Below are positions 7,001 through 9,518 of a stretch of DNA of 9,518 bases, piece by piece. The translations under genes and the position numbers were made by a program. This stretch comes from Paramicrosporidium saccamoebae KSL3 (lineage: Eukaryota > Fungi > Cryptomycota), in NCBI GenBank assembly GCA_002794465.1, contig MTSL01000109.1:1-9518 (forward strand), in the 5' to 3' direction. Positions within the stretch are counted from its first letter, which is position 1, and every line of letters starts with the position of its first letter. The notes below the pieces were generated by a model. That model saw nothing but the letters and a program-made list of their open reading frames with translations, did not search any database and was not told the DNA's origin.

Positions 7001-9518
7001 AAAGACGACAGCAGGACGGTTGGCACCACGGATGCGCACCCGAGTGGGACCAGAAAGGATACTCCACGCCATGGTTGCATTGTATGATCTATCACACACT
7101 GTGGCAGGTAATAGTGCAGTGAGTTGCACCGCCTCGTCCTGTCGCACTCGCTGCGGCCCTTCAATGGCCACGGCTGGCACGTGCATATTAGGAACGCGTG
7201 ATACTGTGGCGTAGCCCGTACCACCCACTCCAAAGAGATTCCACAGAGTCAGCTGCAGGGTATATGCCGTATATTCGGTCAACAGTCCCGCTGGAATGGA
7301 AAAGGCCAGTTTTCCCGTCTTGATTACATCAATGGCAGCGGCGTGCAAGAACTGGCGCAATGGCGCATCCAAAAAGTGATTATCCACTGCCGTCGAGTTA
7401 AAGTCAAAATGAGCATCGATAAAGGCGCGTCCCACACTTCCAACGGAACGGGACAGATCCACCGAAACAAACTCATCACAGCCCCCCACCACTTCCGGCG
7501 CCTCTACCACAATAGTCGGCGGATCAGCGTCAAAAGGCGGTGCCACTTCAATGGCGCCCGTTACAAACGCGCGGTTCAGCGAGTCGACATTTGATAATGT
7601 CCCATCTCTGAATACGATCAATCGTCCCGGCTGTAGTGCATTCTTTTCGCGTCGCGTGTAACGACTATTTACTTGTAGGCGCATTTCTAGCGGCGACACA
7701 AAGTACAACAGACAATCTTCTGGACGATTTCCCAACAATGCACCATTGGGCACATCGCGGGGCTGCATCACCAAGAAAGTATCACAGCGGAATCTTCGAC
7801 CAACTTCGGCATTCACCGGCCTATCAAAGCGTACAAAGACGTATTCTCCGCCTGCACTATACTCCGCCAACACTGCCAATGGAGCACGTGCCGGTGGGGC
7901 GTCTGTAAACACAATCTTTTGCTCCTCCACCACCTCTCCTTCAAAGAGCTCTGCCCCGTCCACTGCCGCTCCCACCAATCGATTGTTAATCCGCACCGGT
8001 GCTACTTTCACCATGGACGAGTTTTCTTGATTCCACGTGACCGTCGGGGTATAAGTGATGGTGTATGTTGTAGCTTTGGCAAAGCGTCGCAATGTCTGAT
8101 GCTGTGTGGCTGTGCTCCAACAAGTACTACGGGAACTTGAAATGGACGGTCGACTGCGTCTATGAGAACGACAGGGACAAGTATTTCCCGGTGTCATCAA
8201 CGACGTAATAAATGTCTGACTGCTGATGGTATAGGTGCTACTCCTTACCAACGTCGTGGTGACCACCGAGACTACAGTCGAGAAGGGAGTTGTTGTCAGC
8301 GTCGTATCCACTTGGGTGGTCAATGTCGTACTATCTGTTGTTGTAGTGCTGGTCGACGTGGTAGTAGAGGTAGTAGTAGTGGTGGTGGTAGTGGTAGTGG
8401 TGGTATTGGCCAAGGCATAGCGTACCATTAGTCCTTGATCTACATGGTTAGTCTCTCTCATTAAATGTACCCAGATTGAAAAAGGTGGTGCGGGCATAGC
8501 GGATTAGATTCTGCGTCATTCGGGGCAGATAGCTAAACACTTCCAGATATGCTCGCAGATAGCGCACTTGACCCGCCTTCAAATCCGTATACAAACTCAT
8601 TGTTCCCGGATGTTGTCGATACCAATGCAATGGCTGAGCACAGCCCTCCAAGTGATTGTCGCGTGTCACCACCTTGGCCAGGAATTCATAGTCCTCGAAT
8701 CCCACGCCATACTCTTCCGTAAAGCCTCCTGAGTCGATAAAGAATTGTCGATGAACCAACATGTTCGAGTCGCCAAACACATTTTTCAATACTCCATTAT
8801 TGAGTGCCGGTCCCAAGGGAACATAGCGGGCAGTTGCCTTATGCGGTTGAGGCATTGATCGACCACTGAACAATTCATGCCCCGTCGTCACCACATCCGC
8901 TCCAGTAAGTTCTGCCACTCGTGCCATCCATTCCACCTGCTCCGCTTTGGCCACGTCATCATCGTCCATGAACAGGATGTACTTGCCGCGGGCATGTTTT
9001 GCTCCCGTGTTTCGGGCCGCTCCCAAGTAGCGATTTGGCTCCCGTAGCACCTTCCAACCCCGCTCCTGCCACCACGTCCACGATAACTCACTGAGGAATT
9101 TGATGGCCTCTGCGTCTGTACTGCCATCATCCACCAAAACCACTTCAAAGTTACGGAATGTTTGGCGTTCCAGCGATTCAAGCGCCTGTTGCAGCAGCTT
9201 TGGTCGGTTGTAATGCGTCAGCACTACCGAAACCAATGGACTTCCCAATGGATCCGTTTGTATCGGCAGCACAAAGCCTTCCGTTGGACAAGGCGGTAAA
9301 GGACGCGCATGTACATCCGCCAACAGCTGACGCCATTGCGCCTCATATTGACGCACTGCCACTTGTGGGCGTCCCAACAAGACGCCATTGTTCAAGACAT
9401 CCAGCATGCGTTTAGAAAGGGCCACCGTGTCGTTGGAGGAAAAGAGTACATCGCGACGATCCTGAATGTGCACCAATTCCTGGGCACTTTTTAGATTACT
9501 GGCAATCACTGGCACTCC
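4007..9518 (-). CDS. Large multidomain membrane protein, 5'-incomplete, at least 1826 aa: GT4-like tail, GT2 glycosyltransferase, Thr-rich stalk, PKD/REJ-like ectodomain, GPS, single TM, cytoplasmic tail; exons >9518-8471 and 8439-4007
   Basis: ORFs 8448..9515 and 4007..8497 join in frame after removing the 31-nt intron (CTG G|AT CAA gives ...TTFFNL-D-QGLMVRYALANTTT). The downstream ORF alone has no signal-peptide-like start. Each ORF is clearly coding; the fusion rests on the predicted intron. Confidence 0.85.
4355..4411 (-). other. Single transmembrane helix ILIIALCILGVAIMVFVAW
   Basis: 19 uncharged, mostly hydrophobic residues followed by KLYRNPK (positive-inside rule). No other hydrophobic stretch in the remaining 115 aa. 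Confidence 0.88.
4442..4573 (-). other. GPS (GPCR proteolysis site) motif of a GAIN domain; predicted cleavage H-L / T between 4463 and 4462
   Basis: CVWYD....SWSEEGC......SHVQCACSHLTEFSIMV has all four Cys, both Trp and the HL/T triad of the canonical GPS. Confidence 0.92.
5770..7522 (-). other. PKD/REJ-like ectodomain (boundaries approximate)
   Basis: Repeated Ig-like beta segments with W-S/W-Q-C/W-E motifs (GCDEFVSVDLSRS, PAVAIEGP, WSILSG, LEPGDYVLGV, FSVEWQC, LLPGTEYCFRV) and the REJ hallmark EPPSAGYCEL...GTAFENRFTVACHGW...LRYRF...LEVDILDGDG. Confidence 0.75.
6507..6550 (-). repeat. 9-bp coding repeat, 5 copies (TES TEA TEA TKS TK)
   Basis: + strand tttgtagac tttgtagct tctgtagct tctgtagat tctgtagt. 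Confidence 0.85.
8201..8404 (-). repeat. Thr/Ser-rich mucin-like stalk encoded by an (ACC/ACT)n tract
   Basis: 12 consecutive Thr (8369-8404); 48 of 68 residues are Ser or Thr by manual count. Confidence 0.9.
8440..8470 (-). other. Intron, 31 nt, phase 1, GTACATTTAATGAGAGAGACTAACCATGTAG
   Basis: GTA donor, GACTAAC branch point 4 nt before the terminal TAG, same size class and TAG ending as the six EHD3 introns, and it restores the frame. Confidence 0.88.
8601..9239 (-). other. GT2 (GT-A fold) glycosyltransferase domain
   Basis: PLVSVVLTHYNR, FEVVLVDDGSTD, N..LGAARNTG..HARGKYILFMDDDD (DxD at 8955-8966), GGF...GFEDYEF (ED acceptor-base motif) and YRQH. Confidence 0.93.
9306..9518 (-). other. 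C-terminal end of a probable GT-B/GT4-type glycosyltransferase domain
   Basis: GVPVIASNLKSAQELV matches the G-x-P-V-I-A-S/T...E-L-V segment that follows the E-x7-E motif in Glycos_transf_1 (GT4) enzymes, and is followed by helical 'ALSKRMLDVL...W..LL'. The rest lies outside the window. Confidence 0.6.

Noticed and set aside
8216-8248. Possible hidden in-frame 33-nt intron (GTAAGG...TCAG) in the stalk
   Set aside because: No CTRAY branch point, a CAG rather than TAG end, and it translates as Ser/Thr-rich sequence matching its flanks.
8448-8497. Two separate overlapping genes, translational coupling, or a programmed frameshift
   Set aside because: A canonical intron of the local size class explains the frame change exactly. 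There is no slippery site or Shine-Dalgarno motif, and the downstream ORF start lacks a signal peptide.
375-9494. Numerous short + strand and off-frame ORFs (e.g. 532..891, 2637..3056, 4466..4858, 8235..8420)
   Set aside because: They are antisense or alternate-frame shadows of real genes with no motifs; the poly-Val ORF simply mirrors the Thr codons.

Overview
Compact eukaryotic DNA, fungal-like, with very short spliceosomal introns; it is not a prokaryotic locus. Start to end: (1) the repeat-rich 3' end of an unknown + strand gene (1..165); (2) a 7-exon mitochondrial 3-hydroxyisobutyryl-CoA hydrolase gene (EHD3/HIBCH, - strand, 279..1892, 471 aa) with six introns of 29-38 nt; (3) an orphan gene of about 516 aa (- strand, 2120..3670); (4) one large - strand gene running off the right edge. 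The ORF track shows (4) as two overlapping ORFs (8448..9515 and 4007..8497), but a 31-nt GT..ACTAAC..TAG intron at 8440..8470 joins them in frame. The spliced product (at least 1826 aa in this window) reads: GT4-like C-terminal motif, GT2 glycosyltransferase, Thr-rich stalk, PKD/REJ-like ectodomain, GPS autoproteolysis motif (HL/T), one TM helix, 115-aa tail. This glycosyltransferase tethered to a polycystin/adhesion-GPCR-type cleavable ectodomain is the main candidate for an undescribed system. Domain calls come from motif recognition by eye; no searches were run. Tiny introns and compact spacing would fit an early-diverging fungus such as Rozellomycota, but that is an inference only.
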